Shown piece after piece: positions 37,895 to 54,340 of a stretch of 64,000 bases of DNA. Source of the DNA: the human T2T-CHM13v2.0 reference genome, Homo sapiens; NCBI RefSeq assembly GCF_009914755.1, contig NC_060931.1; one strand, given 5' to 3'. The translations under genes were made by a program, and so were the position numbers. Positions within the stretch are counted from its first letter, which is position 1. Each line of letters starts with the position of its first letter. The notes beneath the pieces were generated by a model, which saw only the letters and a program-made list of their open reading frames with translations, had not been told where the DNA came from and did no database searches.

Positions 37895-38206
37895 TCTCGA
37901 GCTTTATCTCTCACATGTGCCTCTATTCAGGATTCCACCCTAGTTTTGAAGAAATAGATTCACATTCTGAGTAGTAAAGTTAAAAACAAGGATCTCAATA
38001 AATTTTATGTCACCTACAATTATTGCCAGGTTTTCCTTAATGTCATGTGTAGGCTGCCCAATACTCGATGCTCAAAACAGATTTTAGGGAGCAGAAAAAA
38101 GACAGGGAGACAGAAATGGAGACACAGAGGAAGGGAGTTGTTTGATGAGGTTGGCCTATGTTGGTGAGAATACAGCACAGGTGCTTTCAAGCTTCCCCTT
38201 CACTAA

Positions 38207-39503
<1,297 letters not shown>

Positions 39504-40727
39504 AGGATGGCTTCTTCTCACAAGGAGTGTCTACTCCCAAACCCAGTGCTGACCTTGTGGCCCTGCTCCATGAAATGCTCCAACACCCACCCACCTTCCA
39601 AGCCAGCACCAGGGGAGCTGCCTGGCCCATTGCTCTCCCAACACACATTTCGGCCACCAAGCCCTGGCTCCAAACTTGTCCCTTCACTTTATCCCAGATG
39701 CAACACCTGCAAATGGCAGCCGTCCATTGATCCCGACAACAAAAACAGTGAGGCATTGACTTCTCCCAATCTGCCCCCAGCCACAGACCAGATTCAGCTG
39801 AAACTGGCATCAGCTGGGTGGGATCCTCTTGAGTGGCTCCTTTTGCCTAACGGGCAGGTTCCAGACAGCCTAGCACGTTTCATCAGGGTTGCCACGACCA
39901 GGCCCTGTGGATATCAGCAGGCTTTCCTATTCTCACTGGCCAGTCTCTGGACCGGCCCTGGTCTCCCAGCCACAGCACTTCCTCCTGCATCACCTTTGTG
40001 GGTGCCCTTAACAGACGTCTGCACCTTTCCCACCATGTACTTGCAACCTCCCTCCTCTGAGAAGCCCTCCGGTCTCTCTCTGGCTTGCAGCAGGGGGGCT
40101 GTGGCTCCTCTAGGCCCCCAGAGCTCCTGCAGCTGCCCCTCCCCTGTTGCAGTCCGCACCTCACCACGCTCCACTTCCTCCTTTCCAAACCTGTTGTTCC
40201 CACGGCCCTGTGAGTGCCAGGAAAGATGACACACATCTCCTGTCTCTCTCCCCAGCCAAGACTCTGCCCCACAAACAGGCCTGATGTTTTCACACACCTG
40301 GGAGTTACTTTAATCTGCGATGCTGAGACATGCAGACATGGGCATCCCTGCCAGGAAAAAAGGAGTTTACACTCACTGACCCCTGAAAACCGGAGGCAGC
40401 CCCCGCAGGGCTGCAGGCGGAAGCACCTGGGTGGGTCATGAGTTAGAGAGATAGGGGACTAGTGCGGCTGTCCCCTTATTCAGACAGCTCTCCAATCAGG
40501 AAACCACTGTTATTAAAAGTCCCCTTGCTTATTTCATTTTGCTAAGCCTTACTTGCATGCATCGTGTATCTTTCACATAACATTTCCCCATTTGCTTATG
40601 TCACAGGGTTCGCTAACTACAGGCGAGAAAGAAAACATTCCCAATGAGTGCAGACACACGTGCCCTCTATTGTGTTCATTCCGGGTTAAATAATTAGGTT
40701 ATTGGGAGTCTCTGTTTTTGTCTTTGG

Positions 40728-40985
40728 TTTTTTTTTAGAGACAGGGTCTCACTCTGTCACCCAGGCTGCAGTGCAGTGGCACAATCACAGCTCACTGCAG
40801 CCTCGACCTCCCTGATCTCAAGCAATTCTCCCACCTCAGCCTCCCAAGTAGCTGGGACTACAGGTGTGCACCACCACACTCAGCTAATTATTATTATTAT
40901 TATTATTTGTAGAGACAGAGTTTCTCCATGTTGCCCAGTCTTCTGGTCTCAAACTCCTGAGCTCAAGCAATTTGCCGGCCTCGGT
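40728..40985 (-). mobile_element. AluJ, truncated
   Basis: Reverse-complement Alu. Confidence 0.88.
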
Positions 40986-41169
40986 ATTGGTGTTTTAAAT
41001 GCTCAATGTTACGCAAAAATGCTTGGTGGATTCCCACCCCCCACCCCAATACAATGAAACATGGTATCTCATTCAAAAGCGTTGCCCTACTTGTGACTCC
41101 TTTCAAGGAGTGGGTTAGGTTGATTTTTCACTCAGCAATCAGCAATAGAGTTTCAATTCATTATTTTAA

Positions 41170-42055
<886 letters not shown>

Positions 42056-42057
42056 CT

Positions 42058-43027
<970 letters not shown>

Positions 43028-44219
43028 TCAGAGGGGCTAAGCGATTTGCCCAAGGTTGCACAGCACGTGAACGGCAGGTCAGAAATGCGAACCCAGGATT
43101 GTCTGACCCCCAGCCCCTGCATGCTCCACTACCCCATCTTAAGAGATTGCCTGGCTTCTAAGCAGCCCTGCCCTTTGGTGGAGGAACCTCTGAACACCTG
43201 GGTCAGGCCGTGAAGCCCAACCATTGGCATTTCTAGATTCCTCTGCTAGAATTTTAGGAAGAAAGTTGGAAGCCCCCAGAGTCATTGTGCACCCTTCTGC
43301 ATTTCTATATCAAGTAGGAGATGCATTTGTTACCACGCTAATTAGGGCAGAAATTAACTGAAATGCTGAGTTTTAGCAGAGAGCGAATCGGCTGCAGGTG
43401 TCAGTAATTAGCGAAAAATGAGTCATTTGATGTTTGTAGACACACAGCCTTCTCAACTTTGATTCAAAAATAAACTTCGTGGGCACATTGTTCTGAATCA
43501 CTCCTGCTAATGCATGTGTCTATCTTAATGCTGTAATTCAGTATAAATATTTTAAATAAATCAGTAATGTTGCTTTTCAGTGGCAGTACACACATGAAAT
43601 TTTCTGTACAAAAATGGAGTAAGAATAAAATATTTTTAGTAAGATCGGTAGAAACCTGAAAAACAGCCATACAGAAATTACTGTTTCCTTGCTCTTGGTT
43701 TTTTTCCTCTCTCTTTCTTTTGGTTTCTTGGAATATAAATAATTCACCTCCAATATCCTGTCCTGAGCAGGGACTAAGCAAGTAAAATAAACAGCATACT
43801 GGTGAATACCTGCAGGGTTTGGAAATGGAATTAAAAATCCCCCTTAAACTAGACATTCTCCTGTTAGTTCACTGCTTGGGAACAGCCTGAGTTCTGAGGT
43901 GGGTGGAGTAAAAAGGAAACTTACACAGAGGTAGATGTAGCTGTGTCTTCTAAAGCAAAATCTATTTCCTTATCAAACTAGTTAAGTTGGCCAATTATGA
44001 GATACGAGAGCATCTGTGTGTGGAGCAGGTGGGAACAGAAGCTTGGAAATTATTTTTCCTCATGAACAGCAGTTGTGTGCACATTTGTGTGTGTATGTGT
44101 GTGATGTGTATGTTTGTGTGTGTGCATTTTAAGGCTTAGGATCAGTGATTGCATTAACCATAGCCCAACAGGGGACGTCCCCACCATGAAAAATTGAATG
44201 CAAGTGTCTCATTGTCTCC

Positions 44220-44552
44220 TTTTTTTTTTTAGAGACAGGGTCTCACTCTGTTTCCCAGGCTGGAGTGCAGTGGTGCAATCAATCATAGCTCTCTGCAGCA
44301 TCAACTTCCTGGGCTCAAGTGATTCTCCCACCTCAGCCTCCCAAGTAGCTGGGACTATAGGGGCACACCACCATGCCCTGCTGACTTTTTACATTTTTTA
44401 TAGAGATGAGGTCTTGCCTGTGTTGCCCAGGCTGGAGTGCAGTGGTGCGATCGTGGCTCATTGCAGCCTCAAACTCCTGGCCTCAAGTGATCCTCCTGCC
44501 TCAGCCTCCTAAAGGGCTGGGATTACAGATATGAGCCCCTGCATCCTGCCTG
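44220..44552 (-). mobile_element. AluJ-like dimer with chimeric left monomer
   Basis: Both monomers carry CCAGGCTGGAGTGCAGTGG. Confidence 0.85.
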
Positions 44553-44859
44553 GTGTCTCACTCTTGAGCAAGAGAGGTGCTGGCCCCTCCCACCCCCTGG
44601 CTCGGTTCTAGAGCGTCCTGCTGCTCTGTCTCTGAAGCACGCATCTGCACACGAGCAGGTCTTGGGTTGACCAGGGTGGGGTGTAGGAGGAGACTCTCCT
44701 ATGGCCTGTGACAAGGTGAGGGGACTCTGGCCCCAGCCAGCCTGACAGCTTTTGTGGTCAGAAGTTGGCTGGTCAGTGATGTAGGAAGAGTTGACTCAAC
44801 AGATTCTCTTCCATACCATGGCATCCTTGAGGTTAACTAGTTGAATGGTTTGAAACAAA

Positions 44860-45641
44860 GTGAATGGGTTAAAGTTGGTGAATTCATGATTCGTAAAAAA
44901 AGAAGAAAAAAGCTCTCATTGGTCACCTTTGGAGGTCAGCAGGATATCCCCTCATTATTTTGAAAACTGGTCAGTAAAAGGGAAAAAATTTAAGCATTTA
45001 TCGACCTTTCTTATGGCAACGATACATCAGCGTGACCAAGTGGTTGATAAGGGGAAGGTCCTTGTTATAGAAGTATTCTAGCTAATTAAGGAAGAGGAAT
45101 GTAGACTTTGAATATCAGCATTTTACATCTCATAATGAACTAATGGATCTAAGCAATCACCATTACAAACCGTGAACAACCTCTAAAAAAGACACAAACC
45201 AAGCACTCTGTGCCCCCCAGTGGAAGGACAGGACACTACACCATGAAATATTCTTGTCAAATCCCCAAAACTGAATGTGATCAACCCTAGATCCAACTAC
45301 TGATCTATAGAAAATGAAGAGGACAGAAGAACCTGTCAAATGACACCATGGAGATGTCATCATCAAAATCCAGACTGTGGCCTGTAATCCCAGCTCTTTG
45401 GGAAGCCGAGGTGGGTGGATCGCTTGAGGCCAGGAGTTGGAGACCAGCCTGGGCAACATGGCAAAATTCCGTCTGTACAAAAAATATAAAAATTATCCAG
45501 GTGTGTTGGCATATGCCTGCAGTCCCAACTATTCTGGAGGCTGAGGTGGGAGGATAACTTGAGCCCAGGAGGTTGAGGCTGCACTGAGCCGTGATTGTGC
45601 TACTGCACTCCAGCCTGGGGCACAGGGCAAGACCCTGTCTC

Positions 45642-45689
<48 letters not shown>

Positions 45690-46160
45690 TCAAGATTGTG
45701 CAAGCTGTGGCTAGCTCTATAGGACAAATAATCCAATTTTTTCATTAAGTGAATTGTAAGGAAAAGAGGGAAAGGGTAATAGGTTAAAGAAGGCAGAGAC
45801 CCAACAGCCCATCGCAACATACGGATCTGATTTAGATCCCCAGGCAGATGTTAGAATAATACAAGAAAAAATATCTATGAGACAAATTAGGGAACTTTGA
45901 ACACTGCACATTTGATTAAGGAATTATTGTGAATATCTTTAGCTGTGATACTGGTATCGTATTTATGTTTTTGAGAGATGCCTACTGAAATATTTACATG
46001 TTAAGTGATACTGGTATCGTATTTATGTTTTTGAGAGATGCCTACTGAAATATTTACATGTTAAGTGACAGAATGACTGAAATCTGCTTCAAAAGATTCC
46101 AGGGCTCATCTAAAGTGGGTAGAGGAACAGATGAATTGAGATTGGCCCTGAATTGAAAAT
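44860..46160 (+). mobile_element. L1MC/ME 3' UTR, interrupted by an AluJ (45377-45688, (AAT)n tail)
   Basis: CTCTCATTGGTCACCTTTGGAGG; AAGGAATTATTGT; TACTGAAATATTTACA. Confidence 0.7.
45945..46068. repeat. Perfect 60-bp tandem duplication
   Basis: 45945-46004 is identical to 46005-46064, followed by GTGA. Confidence 0.97.
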
Positions 46161-46165
46161 TATTA

Positions 46166-46478
<313 letters not shown>

Positions 46479-46645
46479 AGCACTACATTTCCTTTCTAGA
46501 AACACACACACAGGCAGATGTGTTCCATGAATCCCAATAACTGGGACAAGGAGAGGCGGGATGTCTGCAGTGTGGGATGATTCTGGGCCTCTGAATGACA
46601 CTGAGCGGTCTGGGTGGAAATCCGGAGATTTTCCATCTTCCAGGG

Positions 46646-46860
46646 CAGAAGTCGGCATGCTTTCTGTAAAGGACTGGACCGTGAATATTTTAGGTCTTTT
46701 GGGCCATATCATCTCGGTCACAACTACTCATGCTGGTTGCACGACAGGGGCCAAAGACAATATATGAAGAAATGGGTGTGTCCCTGTTCCGACAAAACTT
46801 TATTTACAAAAACAGGCAGCAGACCGCATTTGCCCTGAGGTGGCAGTTTGACCAGCCCTG
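46646..46860. mobile_element. MER58A-like hAT element
   Basis: TTTCTGTAAAGG..AATATTTTAGG..CAACTACTC..AAAACTTTATTTACAAAAACAGGC. Confidence 0.85.
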
Positions 46861-47072
46861 TCCTGTTGCTGGACAGTAGAACTTTCTGTGATGACGGAAA
46901 TGTTATTTCTGTGCCATCCAGTATAGGAGCCATTAGTCACACACAGTTACTGAGCACTTTGGATGGGGCTAGTCGGACTGAGGAACTAGTTTTTAATTTT
47001 TATTTAGCTTAAATTAGTTTAACTTTAAAAAGTCACATGGAGTTAGTTGCTACCACGTTAGACAGCACAGTT
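46861..47072. mobile_element. MER3 hAT element
   Basis: TAGAACTTTCTGTGATGACGGAAATGTT..GACTGAGGAACT..GACAGCACAG. Confidence 0.85.
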
Positions 47073-47108
47073 CTAGAGAGCCCAGCCCAGCAACTAAAAA
47101 GGAGGAGA

Positions 47109-47545
47109 GGCTGGGTGCGGTGGCTCACGCTTGTAATCTCAGCACTTTGAGAGGCTGAGGCAGGAGGATTGCTTGAGGACAGGAGTTTTAGACCAGCTTG
47201 GGCAACACAGCGAGACACCGACTCTATAAAAAAAATTTAAAAATTGGAGAAGTGTAGTGGTGTGAGCCTGTAGTCCCAGCTACTCAGGAAGCTGAGGTGG
47301 GAGGACTGATTGAGCCCAGGAGTTCCAGAGGAGCCTGGGCAACACAGTGAGACCCTGTCTCTACAAAAAGTACAAAAATTAGCCATGCGTGGTAGCATGC
47401 ACCTGTAGTCCTAGCTACTCTGGAGGGTGAGATGGGAGGATCACTTGAGCCTGAGAGACGGAGGTTGCAGTGAGCCAAGTCTGTGCCACTGCCCAGTGAG
47501 CCTGGGCAACACAGTGACACCCTGTCTCAAAAAAAACAAAAAGAG
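47109..47545 (+). mobile_element. Three-monomer AluJ composite
   Basis: Left, hybrid and right monomers separated by A-rich linkers. Confidence 0.85.
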
Positions 47546-49149
47546 GAAGAGGAGATGCAGCCCAGGGAGAAGAACTGATTTGTCTAAGACGTGGCTCCAA
47601 CCTTTGGGTTCATGCTTCTCCCTGCACCACGGTATGAAGTTGCCTGAACTCCAGAACCACTAAGCAATGAGGCAGGTGACCTGGGCTCTGATCCTCAGGC
47701 TGGGACCTGGGGAAAGCCATTCACCTTTAGTGTTCTGCTGTGTCTCCATGTGTACGAGGACCACACCCCAACCTCCTCGTCCATTCACCTGTGGGGGCCA
47801 CCAGGGGGATCACAGGAGACAATGTAGGCAGAGGCCCTTTGAAAACTTCAAAGCGCCCCGGGAGTTTCCGGATGTTCTGCATTAATTTATCTAATCCAAG
47901 GTAGGAAAGTGAAACGTGGGCTATGAAAGACAGGAGGGAAGTCGGGTGATTCATCGCTCGGCTGGAACTCTTGCGGGTTAAATCTCTGTTTCAGTGAATT
48001 TCCTGGGGAGAATTCAGGGCCGTGTTCCAGCTAACAAATTCATCCCTTTGCTTTGACTCTGAACCAAATTCTGGGACGGCATCAAAGCCAGCCTCCCAAG
48101 AGTCGCTTGGGGACTGTCTGGGCCCCGAGCTCTCCGACCCTCCTGCCTCCACTCTGCAGATGCTCCTGCTCCCATCTCCCCAGCACAGACCCCACCACAG
48201 CCTCCTGCCTGGCCCCATCTGCCATCCCTGCGGCTGAGCCCGACTGAGAGTGAAGTCCTTCATTAAATCAGTGCCTACCTCGTCCTGCGGATGGACGTCA
48301 TTCTCAGCCTCATTCCCCTTGCCAGAGAAGGATGTGGGGGGAGGCAGGCAGGGCAAAGGCAGGGAGACATCCTCTGGTCCAGAATTGATTCCTCTTCTGA
48401 AAGAAAGAAAAGCAAAGATGTCCCTAAAGGGGACATTAAAACTCTCAACAAGACCCTCAGGCTGGGAGTCTTCTTCCCAAGGCCAGGGTCAGGCCTGAGA
48501 GGTGTTCTCAAAGACCCGGAGTGAAATCCTCTTCCTAGACAAAGATGATTCCAAGGATGATTCCAAGTGGGAAGGGGAGAGAGGGGCCTTGCACGAGGCA
48601 AGTAACTAGGCCTGTGGGAGCAAGTTCGTACCGTCTACCCTCTGTCAAACTCTGTACTTGAAACGGTTCATGTTTTTTAAAAGGATGGGCGTTTTAAATC
48701 CCTCCATTCCGCTCTGCCCCGTGATGTAATTTAGAAATCACGAGAGCTCTCAAAAAAAAAAAAACAACAACAACAACAAAAAAAAAAACCAGCGAGACAT
48801 GCTCACAGCCCTTGGTCCGCAAATGTTTTTGCCAGATGCTGAGAACCTAGGCAGAATCCAGAGCAGCTTTTATAGAGGATTTGATGTTTAACTCATCATG
48901 GAGAGGTCCCTGATCTCTCCCTGGAGAAAAAGGAAGTCGATGGGGTCGTTTTTACGGCGAAAACTACAGCATGATGTTGGAGGGATCAGGGAGCCTCCTT
49001 CAAGGGTTTAGGGGGCTCTGGGTCAGGGCCTTTCTGGACGGTTCTTCCCTTGGGAATAGGAAGCCAGGATCACAGAGGGGAAGGGTCCAGCCCAGATTTG
49101 GAGCTGGATACCCTAGTGGGTATCCCTTAAACAGGAGCAGGTGAGCCTG

Positions 49150-49694
49150 TGTTACAGGACCCGATCTGGACCCCAAGAGAGGGTTCTTGGATCTTATGCA
49201 AGAAAGAATTCAGGGCGAGTCCATAGAGTAAAGCGAAATCAAGTTTATTAGGAAAGGAAAGGAATAAAAGAAGGGCTACTCCACAGACACAGCAGCCCCA
49301 AGGGCTGCTGGTTGCCCATTTTTGTGGTTATTTCTTGATGATATGCTAAAGGAGGGGTGGATTATTCATGCCTCTCCCTTTTAGACCATATAGGGAACTT
49401 CCTGACGTTGCCATGGCATTTGTAAACTGTCATGATGCTGGTGGGAGCGTAGCCGTGAGGATGACCAGAGGTCACTCTGGTGTCCATCTTGGTTTTTGTG
49501 GGGTTTTGCCAGATTCTTCACTGCAACCTGTTTTATCAGCAAGGTCTTTAGGACCTGTATCTAGTGCTGACCTCCTATCTCATCCTGTGACTTGGAATGC
49601 CTTAACCATCTGGGAATGCACCTAGTAGGTCTCAGCCTCATTTTACCCAGCTCCTCTTCAAGATAGAGTTGCTCTGGTTCAAATGCCTCTGACA
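49150..49694 (-). mobile_element. MER41A-type ERV1 solo LTR
   Basis: TGTTACAGG..GACCCCAAGAGAGGGTTCTTGGATCT...GCCTCTGACA; 545 bp; TSD CCTG/TCTG. Confidence 0.85.
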
Positions 49695-50214
49695 TCTGGG
49701 TGGTAGGGTTGTGCTGCCTGGCTTCTTAACTTCCTGGCTCAGAACCCAAACCTGTTGCCTCTGGCTGCCCAGCCAATGGGACTGTGACAGCTGGGACAGG
49801 AGAGCCACTGAGCTTATAAACACCTGTGAGCAGGTATCCAGTAGCCAGCGGGGAGAAGCGGTGGATAGACACAGGGCTTCCCAGCTTAGGCAGGAAAGGA
49901 CTGGCTTCCCCACCCACCCTGTCCCCATACCCCCCTACCACCACCACTTTCTGGAACTTTCCTTAAACAACTGCTGGGCTGTTGCAATTTGCTGCTTCCC
50001 TTCTTTTCTTGTTAAAACATTTTATATTTTAAATTTGTTTGCAGACCAATTCCAGAAAAAAAAAATAATATGTGTGTGGGCCACATTCGTCATCCTGCAA
50101 ATTTTATTTTTTATTATTAGAGATTGCAACGTGTGCCTCACCATGCCTTTTTCTTCTTAGTAAAACTTAGTAAAACTAAGTTTAGTTTAATTTGGCTAAT
50201 TAAAAAACACGTAA

Positions 50215-51236
50215 CTCAGATATCTGAGGCATATAGAGTTACCAAATTCACAGAGTGTGAATAGGTTACCTATTACCTAAATAGAGTAGAAAATAGGTTA
50301 CCAGGAGCTGGGAGGAGGGTGCGATGGTTAATACTGAGTGTGAACTTGATTGGATTGAAGGATACAAAGTATCAATCCTGGGTGTGTCTGTGAGGGTGCT
50401 GCCAAAAGAGATTAACATTTGAGTCAGTGGGCTGGGAAAGGCAGACCCACCCTTAATCTGCGTGGTCACCATCTAATCAGCTGCCAGCATGGCTAGAATA
50501 AAGGCAGGCAGAAAAATGCGAAAAGAGAGACTGGCCTAGCCTCCCAGCCTCCATCTTTCTCCTGGGCTGGATGCTTCCTACCCGCCAAGTTCTTCAGTTT
50601 TGGAACTCGGACTGACTCTTCTTGCTCCTCAGCCTGCAGACAGCCTATTGTGGGACCTTGTAATTGTGTGAGTTAACACTTAATAAACTCCCCTTTTTAT
50701 ATATATATAAATATATATATATAAATAATATATATAAATATATAAATTATATATATATAAATAAATATATATATAAATAATATATATAAATATATAAATT
50801 ATATATATATATAAATAAATATATATAAATTCCATTAGCTCTGTCCCTCTAGAGAACCCTGACTAATACAGAGGGGGAGATGAGAAGTTGTTGAATGGGG
50901 ACAGAGTTTCAGTTTGGAAAGATGAAAACATTCTGGAGGTGGATGGTGGTGACGGTTGCCCAACACTGTGAATGCGCTTAATGCCACTCAAATGTGCACT
51001 TAGAAATGGTTACAATGGGCCAGGCACAGCGGCTTATGCCTGTAGTCCCAGCTACTCAGGAGGCCGAGGCAGGAGGATTGCTGGAACCCAGGAGTTGGAG
51101 GCTGCAGTGAGCATCACTGCACTCCAGCCTGGGTGACAGAGCTGGACCCTGTCTTTTAGAAAATGAAAATAATAATAATAACAAAGAAATTATTAAAATG
51201 GTAAATTTTATGTTCTGTATATTTTAGCACAATTAA
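50215..51236 (+). mobile_element. L1MB-type 3' UTR, split by MLT2A and an Alu right monomer (51018-51182)
   Basis: CAGAGTTTCAGTTTGG..TTCTGGAGGTGGATGGTGGTGACGGTTGC..GGTAAATTTTATG. Confidence 0.8.
50320..50870 (+). mobile_element. MLT2A1-like (HERV-L) solo LTR with expanded AT microsatellite (about 50697-50830)
   Basis: TGCGATGGTTAATACTGAGTG..TGATTGGATTGAAGG...GAACCCTGACTAATACA; perfect TSD GAGGG. Confidence 0.92.
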
Positions 51237-51546
51237 GAGAATAAACATAACTAACAGGCATTTTGGTGCCTTATTAAGATGCTGTGTGTTTAAGCTTTTG
51301 TGAGGCTAGTGTGTGTGTGTGCGTGTGTGTGTGCCCTTGTGTGTTTGTTGTTGCTGTGTTTTATTTTCCCTGGCTGACTTGGTGAGCTCTTCATTGAAAA
51401 ATCAGTCTTTCCATGCCTATTAATATATTCTTTAAGTCTGAGGGAGAAATTATCTTTTTTAACACTGTATTTTTTAAAAGGAAATTTTTCATGGCTCATG
51501 AGCTGGACAGCCAAAATTCACACAGGGGCTCTTTGGACCACTCTCC

Positions 51547-51828
51547 TTTATTTTTTTGAAATGGAGTCTTGCTCTGTTGCCCAGGCTGGAGTACAGTGCC
51601 ATGATCTCAGCTCACTGTAACCACCACCTGCTGGGTTCAAGCGATTCTCCCGCCTCAGCCTCCTGAGTAGCTGGGATTACAGGCACCTGCCACCACATGC
51701 GGCTATTTTTTGTATTTTTAGTAGAGGTGAGGTTTCACCATGTGGGCTTGAATTCCTGACCTCAGGTGATCCAGGTGCCTCGGCCTCCCAAAGTGCTGGG
51801 ATTACAGGTGTGTGCCACCGCACCTGGC
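51547..51828 (-). mobile_element. AluS
   Basis: Reverse-complement Alu. Confidence 0.92.
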
Positions 51829-51924
51829 CACTGGACCACTCTCCTTGAAACAGTTTTGCTCAATCCCTTTTCTCCTCCTGGCAGCGGCCACAAAATGGAG
51901 TCAAAACGTTCTTTGCCGCCTGCC

Positions 51925-52335
51925 TTGTTGACTCACACTTGTAAACCCAGAGCTTTGGGAGGTGAGAGGATGGCTTGAGGCCAGGAATTTGAGACCAGCC
52001 TGGGCAACATAGTGAGATCTTGTCTCTATAAAAAAATTAAAAATTTTTTTAAAATCCAAAAAAATAAAGACTCCAGAATAGAGTGCCTGGAACATAAGTG
52101 TCCTCAGTAAATGTTGGCTATGATGGTTAATCATAGTCTTTATTATTATTGAAATTATCACTGTGACTGGGCATGGTGGCTCACATCTGTAATCCCAGCA
52201 CTTTGGTGAAGCTGAGGCGGGAGGATTGCTTGAGCCCAGGAGTTCGAGACCAGCCTGGGCAAGATTGGGAGACCCCATCTCTCGAAAAAAAAACAACAAC
52301 AAAAAAAACAAGTTAAATCTAAAAGAAAAGAAAAG
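51925..52335 (+). mobile_element. Two FLAM/left-monomer Alus (about 51925-52068 and 52166-52335)
   Basis: Monomeric Alu sequences, each with an A-rich tail. Confidence 0.8.
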
Positions 52336-52342
52336 ACATGCT

Positions 52343-52993
<651 letters not shown>

Positions 52994-53076
52994 TTAGATT
53001 GGGCAGACCTAGACATTCCTCCCCTTCTGCCCTCCTTAGGAGGGAGTGCTGTTTAGCTTGGGTACATGAACCCCAG

Positions 53077-53428
53077 TGATATGGTTTGGCTGTGTCCCCA
53101 CCCAAATCTCATCTTGAAATCCCACGTGTTATGGGAGGGTCCCAGTGGGAGGTAATTGAATCATGGGGGCGGGTCCTTCCCATGCTGTTCTCATGATAGT
53201 GAATAAGTCTCACAAGATCTGATAGTTTTATAAGGGGGAGTTTGCCTGCAGAAGCCCTCTCTTTGCCTGCTGCCATCCATGTAAGATGTGACTTGCTCCT
53301 CCTTGCCTTCCACCATGTTTGTGAGGCCTCCAGCCACGTGGAACTGTGAGTCCATTAAACCTCTTTCCTGTATAAATTACCCAGTCTCATGCATGTCTTT
53401 AATAGCAGTGTGACAATGGAACAGCACA
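53077..53428 (+). mobile_element. THE1 (A/B-like) solo LTR
   Basis: TGATATGGTTTGGCTGTGTCCCCACCC...CA; perfect TSD CCCAG. Confidence 0.92.
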
Positions 53429-54030
53429 CCCAGAGAAGCTCTTCTCAAGTCATGAGCAGCACGCACATCACCTGAAAGTCCCAAGGGCATATGCGGATTC
53501 TGACTCTGGAGGTGCAGGTTTTAAACTAAGTTCCAGGGAATGCTTGCTGGTGCATGGACAACCACTCCTCCAGCTGCAAGTCTAAGACCTTCAGAGTATC
53601 ACTGGCCAAGACCCCACAGAACCTCGTGTGTGGGGAAGACACAAGAGTGGGTTCTGACCCCAGACGCTACCCACCGGGCCTGATGGGGAACGTTGGCAGG
53701 CTTGTCACAGCTCCCAGTCAGCGGAGAAACCCCTCTGGCTACGAGAGCCATATGCTCTAGTTTTATGGTGAGAGAGGAGCCGGTAACCAGGGATGATGGA
53801 GTGGACTGGCTCAGAAGCATGCAGGACCAATTACGGGCACTCCTCAGATCCCATGCAACGTGAACTGCCTAGGGCATCAGTAAGGCCCCAGGGAGCACTC
53901 CAGGCAATAGAAAGTTCAGGACACCTCACAAAGGCCTGTCTGCTTTCTGTTCTTTGAAATGTTCCCTTCTAACAAGGAAACAGAAGTGACTTTTGCCTTC
54001 TCTCTCTGCTCAGCCCAAGTCTAACCAGAA

Positions 54031-54340
<310 letters not shown>

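Noticed and set aside
39507-40229. 240-aa ORF, the longest non-L1, non-Alu ORF
   Set aside because: Pro/Ser/Leu-rich with no recognisable domain. It lies in C-rich DNA with several overlapping ORFs on both strands and starts immediately after an Alu. Consistent with chance.
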